This document shows, piece after piece, positions 46,435 to 64,000 of a stretch of DNA of 64,000 nucleotides (position 1 is its first letter; each line of letters starts with the position of its first letter). The notes beneath the pieces are model-generated. The model did not search any database, was not told the DNA's origin, and saw only the letters and a list, made by a program, of their open reading frames with translations. The position numbers and the translations under genes were made by a program. Source of the stretch: Amoebidium appalachense (lineage: Eukaryota > Protista > Ichthyosporea); assembly GCA_963693365.1 (NCBI GenBank), contig CAVNZM010000007.1, positions 6,259,962 to 6,323,961 on the forward strand, given 5' to 3'.

Positions 46435-48341
46435 GGTTGTTCTTTTTTACGGGCTTGCAGTCTCGGAAAGGGTAAATGTGAGTGTGAGGAGAAATCTGGA
46501 GAAAAAGGAAAGGAGTCGGGGAGTGTGGGGGAGGGGGGGATATATACCATTTGGAGAACTTCGTAGTAGGCCAAGAACCCCGCCTCCTTGGTGAATGCGC
46601 CGCTGGGTGCAGGCTTCACAGTTGCTGCGCCAAGCGAAGGTGTGGATGGGCCCTGCAGGGTAAAGGACCGCCCATACGTGGCCATGCCCAGGACAAGCTG
46701 GCTGGCTGTGATCCCCCCGTCCAGCCATGCTTGGACCCCCCTCGACACGCTGAATTTCGTACCGTCGTAGCTGGTGGGCAGATGCAGGGCAGTGTGTGCG
46801 CCAGTCACATCGTCCCACGAGCCATACAGGTCGTAGGTCATCAGGTTGATGAAGTCCACCGTGGACGCAAGCTGTGTGGTTTCAGCTGGTTAGGCTTGGA
46901 ATTTTCCGAGGTCACTTGTGTAAACATCACTTAAATTGTTTTTGATGTTTGTTTCTTAAAGTGCAGACGGGGTGTCCGTTTGTGTGTGGTCACGATTTAT
47001 TGTTGTGTGCGCGAGCGTCGGTAGTGGAGCACATGTGGAGGAGGCAACAGTATGGTATTTGGGGGCCCGGGGGAGGGGGGAGGATGGGGTTGGGACGGGC
47101 GTTGTTGGGGGGATGGGGGGGAGGAGGGGAGGATGGCAGCACCAACTGAGAAACATTACGAATTCTGCTGAGCACAAAACAAGCACGCACCTTTTTCATG
47201 TCGTAGCAGCCAGCCACCTTGTTGTGGTTTGCCCACACGGCCGCCGTCAGCAGCAGCCTCTCCTTCTCCCCTCCAGCAGCAAACTCGTCCCTGAGCGCCT
47301 GCATCAGCAGCGCATGGTTGTCACGGTCGGCCTCCGTGGGGTACTCCCAGTCCACGTCCACCCCGTCAAACCCGTGCATGCGGCAGAACTTGGCCACGTT
47401 GCTTGCAAACGTCTTGCGGCTCGACTCGCTGGCTGCAGCAGCGGGGAAGATGCCTTTGGTTGCCTCGTCCGTGCTGAAGTTCCACCCACCAAGCCTAGGT
47501 TTCAAGAGAGCAATTAATAAATACGAACGACCAATAGTGAGGAGAAATTAAAGAAAACCGAAAACATGTGTGTACCAGGAGCCCTGTTAACCCTTTATTA
47601 GGCTTATTATAGAAATAACTAATAAATACTAGTATTTACGTAATTGCAGGTGTGCAGTCAAATCCCAGAAAAACTTGCTTTGCTTCACAAGCATAGTGTA
47701 TAATACGGAGCCACTCACACACACGGAACACAATCTGCAGAGAATTTCAAATACACAGGCCAAAAGGACGAAAAGCCAAGAAATGGAAACATTCGGAGAG
47801 AAAAACAAAAAAGAGGAACAAAAAAAGTAAAAGAAAAGAGGATCCCGAATAAGACTTACGAGATAAGTGTCTTGATGGCTGGGTTTGCCTTGCGCAGGAC
47901 AGCGTTGAAGCGCGCATACATGCCCTGCCCGTTGTCCAGCACGTCATTCCACTCGTACGGCACAACATCAAACGACGGGGTCACCTTGGCAAACGCAAAA
48001 ATGGCGTGGGTGAAGAGGGTGCCGTCCATGTTCTCGGGGAAGAACTTGTACGGGTCGGCCCGGTACTGTGCCCAGTTGGTGTAGTAGCCCACAACACGCC
48101 GCCCTGTGCCTTGAATGTGCATGGAAGGGGAAGCCGTAGTGTCCTCGTGCTCTGGAACGACAACGGGTGAAGGGGAAGAGGAAGGAGCGCCGGGGTGGTG
48201 GCCTGTTGCTTGTTGAGGAACGCCTTGAGGCAAATGGCGGTGGTGGCCGTGGTGGTGTGGCGCGCCGACAGCAAGTTGAGGGACAAGCAGAAGTGCACAC
48301 ACAAAGAGTGTGGCTGCAGAGGAAAGAGACCTGGGAATCAT
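45900..48341 (-). CDS. Secreted GH18 chitinase, minus-strand paralog, unit 2
   Basis: Exons 48341-47860, 47494-47191, 46871-46548 and 46121-45900. Catalytic motif intact. Confidence 0.93.
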
Positions 48342-49415
48342 TTTGAAAAGAAGGTTTGCGCTAAGCTACTGTAAGTGTAGAGTTGTGACGTGTGTGTTTC
48401 TGTTGTGGAATGAAGAGAACTGCGAAGAAAGTTGGCTTTTATACCTTCTGAGGGCGAGGTGGATGGCGTTTTGTCGTCGTCTGTGAATCCATGGGCCGTG
48501 TGAACCGTGCAGGATTTTTATTGAATTCTTTGTGATGCTCTGTGAACCAATGACAAATTGATCGATCCGATTGGGTTACCTGAACACTTGCATTTTCCCC
48601 AGATTCTGGTGCAGGTACAGGCTATATGTGCTGGGACAATAGGTAGTCTAAGTGGGGAAATGGTAGAACCTTTGTGGCTTTTTTCTTTGTGTATAGAGCC
48701 TGAGTCTATTATGGGCCTGTTTCTGGCACTCTTTGGCTAATGAAAGCTCGAGGTTCGTGACGTTTGAAAAGTTTCGCCGTACGTGTGCGCGTATATATAT
48801 ATGTACCGCTGTACATGTACGTTTGTTGTGGTGCATTTCCGGCCGACTTCAGCAAGCAAAAAGGGTATATACTTGCGTGTATTTAGACTTAAAATAATGG
48901 TTAAAACTTTATGGCTTTCGTTTTTTCTCATAAAGCAGTACACTTTGTCAGCACTGGTGATTTCCCATTTGAACTCCAGCCGAGAATAACTATTCATGTC
49001 TTTTCTGTTGATCGTTCCTGCTAGCCAATCAACGAATTGATACCCCTACAGCCAATCATCAATTGATGTCCCGCAATGTGTAGATGACGCGGAAAGGCCC
49101 TCAGCTGTGGTCATTTGGGCTCATTTATACAAGCTGCAAACAGCATTCATAAAGAAGCATTATTCTAATACTAATTTCTACATGACATGCCCAAATAATG
49201 TGCCTCGTAATATTTTTTAAAATGGAAATAGCTTGCCAACTGCGATTATCCAGTGCGATGGCGACAGCCTCCCGTGTTGTTTACAGTATTTTACCATGTG
49301 CGTACTGGTTGGTCATGCGCGCATCATCGTTCTGATTGGCTAATCGTTTCAACAGCAGTGTTACAGGTCGCGAACATGTATCGGAAGGAAATAGGGAAGA
49401 ACCTCGTTCTCTAAA

Positions 49416-49454
<39 letters not shown>

Positions 49455-49768
49455 CTAAAAACCTCGATTTATATGTTTTTTATTATAATCAACGGCTGCT
49501 GACCCCAGCTCGAGCCCGATACTCAGGAATTCGGCGTCTAGAGTTGCCAAAAGAAAAAGGATTCCCATTGGCTCACAGAACACCTAGGAAAATCTCATCC
49601 CGCACCGTTCACACAGGCTCACAAAGCGTTCTGACGCCATCCACTTCGACTTCCGAAGGTATAAAAAGCCCATTTTCTTTACAGTTCTCTCAGTCCAACC
49701 CGGAACAAGCACACAGACACAAACGCAGATTCAACCCCTGAAACTAGTTTAGAAAACTTCTTTTCAAA

Positions 49769-50955
49769 ATGATTCCCAGGCAGTTCTCTCTTTCCTCTGC
49801 AGCCACACTGCTTGTGTGTGCACTTCTGCTCTTCCCTCAACTTGCTGTCGGCGCACCACACCACCACGGCCACCACCGCCATTTGCCTCAAGGCGTCCCT
49901 CAACAAGCACCAGAAAACCACCCCGTCGTTCCTTCCTCTTCTCCTGCATCCGTTGTCGTTTCAGAGGACTCTGCAGACCCCTCTTCCATGCACGTTGAAG
50001 GCGCAGGACGGCGTGTTGTGGGCTACTACACCAACTGGGCACAGTACCGGGCCGACCCGTACAAGTTCTTTCCCGAGAACATGGACGGCACACTCTTTAC
50101 CCACGCCATTTTTGCGTTCGCCAAGGTGACCCCGTCGTTTGATGTTGTGCCCTACGAGTGGAATGACGTGCTGAACAACGGGCAGGGCATGTATGCACGT
50201 TTCAACGCTGTCCTGCGCAAGGCAAACCCGGCCATCAAGACACTTATCTCGTAAGTATCACTCGTGTTCCCCTTTTTCTTTCTGCAAAGGCTCTGTGTCA
50301 TTATTTTTCTTTCCTGCTCACCCTCTCTACCATTATAAACCGTCCTCCTCTACTGACAGATGTTTCAACTGGAGTCTCTGAGCTGCTCACACATTGTCTA
50401 CAACACTGACATACAAACGTTTACGAACTACAACCTAACCGAAATTCTGGGATATTGACTGCTGCAGCCCTAAAGATTAATTTTAAGTTTTCCACAGCAT
50501 TCCATTTGAATTTTCCCCCTCTGTCCCATGTGTTTGCTTGAATGCAGCAAATCGTAGTGGTTTCCGGAACGAAATCTTAACAATTTGTTTTCATAATACC
50601 CCAGGCTTGGTGGGTGGAACTTCAGCACAGACGAGGCCACCAAAGGCATCTTCCCCGCTGCTGCAGCCAGCGAGTCGAGCCGCAAAACGTTTGCAAGCAA
50701 CGTGGCCAAGTTCTGCCGCACGCACGGGTTTGACGGGGTGGACGTGGACTGGGAGTACCCCACGGAGGCCGACCGTGACAACCACGCGCTGCTGATGCAG
50801 GCGCTCAGGGACGAGTTTGCCGCCGGAGAGAAGAAGGAGAGTCTGCTGCTGACGGCGGCCGTGTGGGCAAACCACAACAAGGTGGCCGGCTGCTACGACA
50901 TGAAAAAGGTGGATTCTTGCTTCCTTCTTTGAATTCTTTGAAATCCGAGCAGCTG

Positions 50956-51009
<54 letters not shown>

Positions 51010-51158
51010 AAGGTGAAGAAGTAAGAAGGACAACACGAATAGAACTCTGATGCAATAACAGTAGGAGAACTCAACTGAATCACACAAGAAGTTTATGATT
51101 TTTTGGCATATACCTGCAATGTACCCATGAGCCAGAACATGTGGCCATATGAATAGAG

Positions 51159-51192
<34 letters not shown>

Positions 51193-52184
51193 TTTTACGT
51201 TTTAACTGTTCAACTGATTCTAAAACTGATTGCGTATTTGCTCCACACAGCTTGCGTCCACGGTGGACTTCATCAACCTGATGACCTACGACCTGTATGG
51301 CTCGTGGGACGACGTCACTGGCACACACACTGCCCTGCATCTGCCCGCCAGCTACGACGGTACGAAATTCAGCGTGTCGAGGGGGGTCCAAGCATGGCTG
51401 GACGGGGGGATCCCAGCCAGCCAGCTTGTGCTGGGCATGGCCACGTATGGGCGGTCCTTTACCCTGCAGGGCCCATCCACACCTTCGCTTGGCGCAGCAA
51501 CTGTGAAGCCTGCACCCAGCGGCGCATTCACCAAGGAGGCGGGGTTCTTGGCCTACTACGAAATTCTCAAAATGGTATATATCCCCCCCTTCCCCTCACT
51601 CCCCGACTCCTTTCCTTTTTCTCCATATTTCTCCTCCCACTCACGAAATTTACCCTTTCCGAGACTGCAAGCCCGTAAAAAAGAACAACCCCCCCCCCCC
51701 CCCCCCCCCCCCACCACCACCACCACCACCAAATAAAAATATATACTATAAAAGAAAAGCTCCTCCCTCCCCCCCCCCCCCCCCCCCCCGGATCACGTGC
51801 ACCGTAGGCTCTCTCTTTATACAAGCAATTTTTTCCTTTCCCCGGTCCCTTCATAACATTGAAACCACACCTGTGTTTTTCGGCACAAAAACATTCCTCT
51901 TTAAAACGATCCCCACTTTTAACCCAACCTACACCGCGTGCTGACCAAACCTTCCCCCCCAGCAAAGCGAGGGCATGACGTGCACGGGCAACACGGACAC
52001 CAGCACAATGGTGGGCACCAAGGACAGCCTGTGGGTGGGCTACGACAACGAGGCCACCCTTAAAGTCAAGGTCGACTACCTGACCGCCCTGGGCCTGTCG
52101 GGTGCCATGTTCTGGGCCGTGGACCTCGACGACTTTAAGAACGGCTCACCCCTCATCCGCTCAGTGGCAAAGCAGTTGCTTTAA
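49769..52184 (+). CDS. Secreted GH18 chitinase, plus-strand paralog, unit 2
   Basis: Exons 49769-50250, 50605-50908, 51251-51574 and 51963-52184. Catalytic motif intact. Confidence 0.93.
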
Positions 52185-52656
52185 GCAGTGACTACTATGA
52201 GAATTTTTGTAGGGTTGAATAAAACAAAAATCTAATTTAGAGAGCATATAGGTATAGTGTACTACATAACCAACAGTCTTGCTTGATTACGGATCACAGT
52301 AAATGTATTTTTAAGTACATGCGATTGGTGTGCGAGTAAAAGATTTATTAGTTTCTCTAATAGTCTTTGAACTCTGTGAAGGTTTCTTATAGAGTAGTAG
52401 GGGTCTGTTGGGAAATTTCTTTAGTCCAAACTATATTTTAATCACGTCTCTGTAATGTAGAACTTAAATGCTACGAGCGACTTTGCATCTGCACGTCAAA
52501 TTCACGTGCACCCTTGAACTGTACCTTGCCAATAAGAAAAAACCAAGAAAACTCTGCACAAACCCAACAAAGCTTCCAGATGTCCCGATATCCTCCCCCT
52601 ACCCCCCCTACCCCCCCCCCCCCCCCCCCCCCTCCCCCCGGCCCCCACCCCCACCC

Positions 52657-52696
<40 letters not shown>

Positions 52697-52907
52697 TTCA
52701 ACCAAAAGAAAGAGAAAGAAGAACGGAGGAAAGAAAGACTCAAAGAGAAGAAAACAAATTGAGGGAAAAATTCCTCCCACCTCTTCTCCGTACATCCTCA
52801 ACTTGAATGTGCATACCAATGCCTTGCACTTCGGCACCTCTTCAAAATATTTATCCGGTACTTATACCAGTCAGCTCAGCATTCATCCCCCCCCCCCCCC
52901 CCCCCCT

Positions 52908-52938
<31 letters not shown>

Positions 52939-53161
52939 TCCTCCTCCTCCCCCTTTGATGCCTACATCCAACTGCAACCTTACTGTTTGGTCTACGTTTA
53001 CTTTCTAAAGGTCTGATCTCAGAGTATGCCTTTACCCATGCCTTCCTTTGTATTTCCCTTGTCCTCTCTGAGTCAAATCCACCTAATCCCCCCCCCCCCC
53101 CCTCCCCCCCCCCCCCCCCCCCCCCAAAAAAAAGAAAGAAAAGAAAAAAGTCGCGCGCATA

Positions 53162-53254
<93 letters not shown>

Positions 53255-53428
53255 GGAGTTAGGTGTCTGTGTATACATCCCTTTTTTTTTCTCTTCCTTC
53301 CGCACCCAAGACACGGTACTCACCCACCCAACCCCTACTCAAGTCTTAGAGCCCCCGCTATTTGTGTTGTGCGGCCTAGTGCAATTACACATATACGTCG
53401 AGTTCAATATCTTAACCGCCCATATCCT

Positions 53429-53459
<31 letters not shown>

Positions 53460-53475
53460 ACCCTCTCCCCCCTTC

Positions 53476-53540
<65 letters not shown>

Positions 53541-54969
53541 CCCTCCTCCCCCCCCCCCCCCTTCCCCCCTACCCGTGTCCCTGTTACTACCCATGTCACC
53601 AGCACCCACTGGGAAAAAGGCATGAAAAGGCAACCCTCCCTCCCCCCTCTGCCCCTGTTAGCACCCCCCCCCCCCCCCCCCCCCTCCGGTTTCCCCCTCA
53701 CGCCCATGCCTCTTTCTTCTCCGCCCGCTTACAGGGGACAAGAAAACAAGAGGCAAACCCCTTTCGCCTCTAACCACAGTTTGAGTATTGGGGTTTGATG
53801 CTGGCATCAACCCTTTCCTAGTTCGAGAAAATCTCTGTTTTTGCTGACCGTTATCCCCCCCCCCCCCCCCCCCCCCCACCACCACCACGGCCCCTCCCCC
53901 CCCCCCCCCTCCCCCCCCCCCCCCCCCCCCCCCTTCTCCACCACCGTCCCCACACCACCCCCTTTCCCCCACTATGCCCCCCCGGATCCTTTTAAAGGAC
54001 TAAACTTCAAATCCAGGGTTCTTTTGCAAATATCGGGCAAATCCGAATTCCTAAATTTTAAATTTTTAGACCGTGCAACAGTGCAACACGTTGCCTCATT
54101 CCTGACGAGGGGCTGCGCATTTGCCGTGCACATAAACAGCAACATTTATGTTAAATGATTAAGGCCTCCCAATAGAGCATACCACTTCCTCATCATCTAA
54201 TCCCCCCCCCCCCCCCCCCCCTCCCTTCCCCCGAAACCCCCACTTCAGAGGAGGGAAATGCTCAGTCCGTGGTATCAATCGCTCGATTATTAACCCTCCG
54301 ATTACTCTTTCCCGAAAAATGTTTGGTCGGCTATTACTGACATAGTTCAGAGCCACAAAACTCGTTTCACCAATCCCCAGCTACTGTTCACTGGTTTCCT
54401 TTGCCGATCCCCCCCCCCCCCCCCCCCCCCCTCCCCTCCGCCCCTCCCCAAACCACCACCACCACCACCGCCACCCCACCTACCTCCCTCCCCCCTTTAC
54501 GCCTCTACTTCCCCCAAATCTCCCGAAAACCCAAGATGCGTTGAAAACCGGGTGTATGTGTTGTAAAAAGGATGTGTTGTAAAAATTCGTTACCACACAG
54601 ACAAAGGAAGAATGCGATTGTCTTCCTTTTCAAAACCGGTTTTTTATTTTTTAATTTTTAAAGTTTTTTAAATTTTTTTGGGGGGGGGGTAAGGAAGGGA
54701 GGGGGAGAGGGGAAAAGGAGGGTGGGCGGGGGGGAGGGGAGGAGGGGGGGAAGGAAAGGGGGGGGGGGGGGGGGGGGTAGGGAAAGGAAGGGCCAGGAGG
54801 GGGGGGGGGGAAGGGGATGGATGGGTCCCCCCCCCCCTTCTCCCCCCACACTCCCCCCCAAAGGGCACTTAGTGTCAAATGCAGATTTTGATTTCCCTGG
54901 TGAGCACACACACACACGTACTATAGTGGACAATACCACGGCTATCTGGCCAGGCAGCCCGAAGTGGAC

Positions 54970-55506
54970 TCAGGCAGCAACGAGTGTATTTAGGCAGCAA
55001 AAAGTGTATTCAGGAAGCAACGAATGTATAGCAGCAAAACGTTTACGCAGCAAAAAGTGTATTCAGGAAGCAACGAATGTATTCAAGCAGCAAAAAGTGT
55101 ATTTAGGCCGAAAAAAGTGTATTCAGGAAGCATCGAATGTATTCAAGCAGCAAAAAGTGTATTCAGGCAGCAGAAAGTGTATTCAGACTGAAAAAGGTGT
55201 ATTCGGACACCATAAGTATATTCAGGCAGCGAAAGTGTTTTCAGGAAGCAAAGAGTGTATCGAGGAAGCATAAAGTGTATGTGTATTCAGGCAGTTATGT
55301 AAGGGTGTATTCAAGCAAAACAAAGTGTGTTCAGGCAGCAAAAGAGTGTATTCAGGCAAAACAAAGTGTGTTCAGGCAGCAAAAGGGTGTATTCAGGCAA
55401 AACAGTGTGTTCAGGCAGCAAAAGAGTGTAGTCAGGCAAAATCAAGTGTATTCAGGCAGCAAAAGAGTGTATTCAGGCAAACAAAGTGTATTCAGGCAGC
55501 AAAAAA
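54970..55506 (+). repeat. Degenerate ~20-bp minisatellite array
   Basis: Contiguous variants of GTGTATTCAGG(C/A)AGCAAAAA, without unique spacers. Confidence 0.9.
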
Positions 55507-55599
55507 TGCATCGCTAGGACTGTTGCACAGCGGAGACATGATTGCAGACCATGGTTCCGCATGGGGGAGAGGAGGTGGGGTAGGGTGGGGTGGGGGGGT

Positions 55600-55655
<56 letters not shown>

Positions 55656-55908
55656 GGGGTATGGGAAAAGAAGACGAATATGAATAACAGAGGCGTAAGA
55701 ACACCCAATTTCATAACCAAATGGTACGTCGTAGGGAGCCCCTACGTGTAGTTCGAGAAAACTTTGTCAAAGGGTATTTATGATTGGTCCAGATCGAATA
55801 CGGTTCGATCGGATCGTCCATATAAGGAAACTCTAAAACACCGTTTTTGCGAAGGGGGCCCCTACGCCATAGGTGATAAGGTGAGCAACGTACTCCCCAG
55901 GCATACAC

Positions 55909-55950
<42 letters not shown>

Positions 55951-56604
55951 ACCCCGCCATATGCCCCCTCCCCCTTTACCCTTCCTCCCCCTCCCTCCGT
56001 CCTTGAGTACTACTGTAGAGGGCCAAAGGAACTTACGAGCCTGTTGCGTCAGGCCCGATCCCCCGCCCCCCCCCCCCTATTGCTAAGGTGGATAAACATT
56101 TATTTATTCAGTGGCCAAGGTTAGTATTTACGATTCATTCGGATCAAGCGGCTTATGCTCCCTCTGTCCAATACCAACCCTTTTGCTTCCATATCTTATC
56201 CCGATTTCTTTTACATCGTGAGGACAAGAGTAAATCATTATGGGCTATGGGGGAAGGGCGGGAGGGGGGAGCCAGGGAGCGGGGGGAGGGGGAGGGGGTG
56301 GAAGAGGAGGGGGGAGGGGGGGGGAGGGAGGGGGGGAGATGCAATCGCACGGAAGAGGATTGAACGGGTGAACAATCCCCACTAAGGGGAGACACGGGGA
56401 GGGACAAGGGTGGCCCGGAGAGGGAGGTAGGGGGGGGGAGGGGGGGGGGGGGGGGGGGGGGGGAGGGAGGAGGGAGCGGTATGGTGGTTGCTATGTGTGT
56501 GCGCGCACGTGTGTGTGTGTGGCGGGGTGGGGTGGGAGGGACAGGTGGGTAGGGAGGGAGGAGGTGGGTGGGGAGGGAGGAGGTGGGTGGGTGGGTGGGT
56601 GTGT

Positions 56605-56635
<31 letters not shown>

Positions 56636-56944
56636 GGGGGGGGGGAGAGGGAATTTTTTTTGGTGAATGGACTGGCACACCATTGGACCAAGACCCCACA
56701 TTCGCGATCGTGCATCAGTCGATTAGCCTACTATATCATCATACACGGTCTGATTTACCGTCAGTGTGGGCAATTGATCTTGTATTCTATGATGTCTGCT
56801 CGTGTACATGTTTAGTATGTTACTGTTATGCGTCTGTTTTTTCTTTTCTTGTTTTTATGATGATTTTATTGAGATATTCTTAATTTGGACGAGATATCAC
56901 AGAAATCTAGTTTTCTCTAATGCAGGCGCAGTAAAAGCTCCCAG

Positions 56945-57015
<71 letters not shown>

Positions 57016-57521
57016 CCCCCCCCCCCGGGCGCCCCCCGAAAAAAAAAAAAAAACCAAACCAAAACAAAATGAAATGAAAAAACACTCACCCGAGAGTGTA
57101 AATTGCGACGTGTCCATTACACAATCAGCATTATATAAATCAAGCAAAACGGGCTGGCGTGTATACATACACTGTCCATTATCTGATCAACAAACCACCC
57201 TTTTGAATGCCTAATGACTATAAATACATTTATGGTATTTATGAGTGTGTCTCCAACGGGCATACACTTCCACATTCCCTCATCCCATTCAACGTTTCTT
57301 TTCTTGTTCACAACACCGTGGCCACCCTCCCCCCCCCCTCCCCCCCCCCCCTCCCCCCCCCTCCCCCCCCCCCCTCCCCCCCCCCCCCCCCCCCCCCCCC
57401 CCAAGAAAAAAAAAAACAAACAAAAAAAAACAAAAACAAAAAAAAACCAAAAAAAAACATTCCTTTGCCTTCTAATTAATCATATGTAATTCGGACGGCT
57501 GTATTACTATTATTATTAATA

Positions 57522-61845
<4,324 letters not shown>

Positions 61846-62877
61846 TTTGTTTTGCTCCGGCAAGATTGAAATATCCAGTTCAACAAAAAGGCTGTTTGAT
61901 GATTTACGAAGAGTACTTGAGGCCTTGTTGGGTTCACTCGAACGTAGAAGCCAAGAGAAGCGTTTGTCTTTCTGTGTTTCGCTGGCAGTTGCGTCACCAA
62001 CAAGCAAACTGATTTTCTTAATGACTGTGTCCCACCTCGTATATTGTGAACAGATTTTGACACAAAAGAAAATTGGTGTATTAGGTTACAACTGCAAAAC
62101 TGACAACTTCGAAGGTCAACGTGACGGTCAGCCCGACGCGGCTGGAGCCTCGGCGGAGCCTCGGAGGGATACATGCTACACTCTAAACCAATGGGAAGCC
62201 TACGATCGATCTGATTAGCCTAATAAAGAATTTTGGCGGGACGGTGTTCACATGCTGGCATTTTTGACACTCAGGCTGAGTTATCAGCTTTCACAATTAG
62301 ATGTTACACTCTAATATTTTTAAAGAGAGCCACTGTGAAAGTTGCCAGGAATATTTTAATTTCAAACCTTCTCACTGACTCGAACATCTCCACACTATAC
62401 CTTCAAAAAGGCTGTGCTAAAAGTCACTGATAACTGTGACACTACTCTGGGTCGGCGTATGACGTCATTGGTGCCGGATAAACCAATTAAACACTGTGAT
62501 GCCTTTAGCGAATAGGAAAAGCGATTACCTAGCCACATATGGTTGTTTCAGCTGCACACCTACGACACTACTACGACACGGGACACCACCGGGTCACGCA
62601 AGTTGACGCAACACACTGAACAAACTCGGCAGGAGACTTGGCAGGTAGTGTATGGCAAAGTTGCAAACACGACTTCGTTGAACATATAAAAGATTCCATG
62701 ATTACGAAATGAATATTTTGGCTAGCTTTGATAAAAGGCAGAATATTGAAAGTTGAGCAGCATTGTGACTGGTCGGCAACAAGTGAACAGCCCTCCATCT
62801 CCCGTTCCCTCCTCAGAAGTTCCGCCATTCCACCTGTTCTGGTTCTCCCAAGCCCAACCAAAACAAAACTAGACAAC

Positions 62878-62989
62878 ATGAATTCACTGGTGTTATTTTT
62901 AGCATTATCTGTTGCAGCTTCCTCGGCCATAAGGCTAGAACAACAACAAAACACGTTGCCTACCCTTAGAGTTCTCATCACGGGCTATG
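62878..62989 (+). CDS. First exon of a secreted protein, probably pyroglutamyl peptidase I (peptidase C15)-like; partial
   Basis: Signal peptide MNSLVLFLALSVAASSA is followed by RVLITGY-G|GTAGGT, resembling the C15 N-terminal motif vLvTGFgPF. Downstream exons were not found in the window. Confidence 0.45.
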
Positions 62990-64000
62990 GTAGGTGCTTT
63001 CCTCCAGGCCCAGCCCACCCCAGCCCCCCCCACCTTCCCCCCTTCCCCCCCCCCCCCCCCTCCCCCCCCCCCCCCTCTTCCCCCCCCCACCCCACCCCAC
63101 CCCTCCGGCCTGAAACTAACCCTGAGCTGCGCCTGCTACCCTACTAGCAGTACCTTTGATGCTTACAGCGTTGAGTGGACTAATGCGCACGGAATGGTAT
63201 CACAGTTGTTTGCGCACTTGTGGTAGTACGGATTCCGGGGCCAAGCAGGGTTTTTTCCCGATGGCTTTGAGCTATTCTGCAGAGATCTGTACACACATTG
63301 GATGTGCGCGGATACTAGCTGGTTTTTTTTTTTTTGCAAGAACGGTACTTAGAAAGAGGTAACTGCCGCCGCCTAAGCACACTTTCTGTTCTCATAAAGG
63401 TTGATTAACAAAACTTCGCTTTTTGGCTTTTGCTATTCCGGGCTCTACTAGATCGAAATCCAAAAACTTTCCCAAGCACACACAGACACAGCCCACTCAC
63501 GATAATGCTTCTCGAAGACTTTTTTGCTGGTCACGGCTATTTCCGTACTTTGGGGCGTGTGCAGATCCACATTCGATACTGATCCAAAGGCAGTCTTTTT
63601 CCCTCTCGTCGTCGTAGAACAGTCACATAAATGCACAGTGAAGAAAAGTAGTTCCTTTTCCTCATATGGTGCGCATTCACCTCCTCCCCCCTCTTCCCCT
63701 CCCCCTCCCTCCCCCTCCCCCCTTCACGCATTTTTTCGCTGCATTAGTTTGCACACACATCTTCACCGTTTTGCTCACCTTGCTTGCATAAGCAACCCTG
63801 CTCGTCTTTGATCAAGACGGGTTGACCCGCCCAAGTTCAGTTGATGCTGCTGTCTAAGTTGGAGCGTCGTATATACGCGGGCTAAGGGGTCGAAATTCAA
63901 ACGCAATTGATGACTTGGGTCCTCCCTGAGGATGGGCTCTGCTTATGACGCATACTGTGCACATGGCTGATGTTGCATACTTGAATGTTTGCCTTTGCAT

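Noticed and set aside
54970-55506. CRISPR-like array of ~20-bp repeats
   Set aside because: Units are contiguous and degenerate, with no unique spacers and no cas genes, in a eukaryotic context. It is a minisatellite.

Overview
Eukaryotic DNA, not prokaryotic. It has GT-AG introns, TATA/CCAAT promoters, and dense (CA)n/(GA)n microsatellites and poly-G/C tracts. The animal-like GH18 chitinases suggest an opisthokont, possibly a unicellular holozoan (inference only). Most of the window is a head-to-tail duplication: unit 1 is <1..~28234 and unit 2 is ~28235..59943. Position 1 re-occurs at 28885, and the junction lies in a (GT)n tract. Each unit carries a cluster of predicted secreted or surface proteins: a two-exon protein with a C-terminal ricin-B lectin domain, a small Cys-containing protein, an intronless membrane-anchored choloylglycine hydrolase/penicillin V acylase-family Ntn hydrolase, and an inverted pair of four-exon GH18 chitinases. 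A five-exon AAA_33/T4-PNK-like kinase spans the right end of unit 2, so unit 1 has only its exons 3-5. The first exon of a probable secreted pyroglutamyl peptidase I lies near the window end. The two units show apparently complementary gene damage, and the chitinases show signs of gene conversion. All exon models were assembled by hand from splice signals and phase. Most ORFs in the supplied track are microsatellite artefacts.
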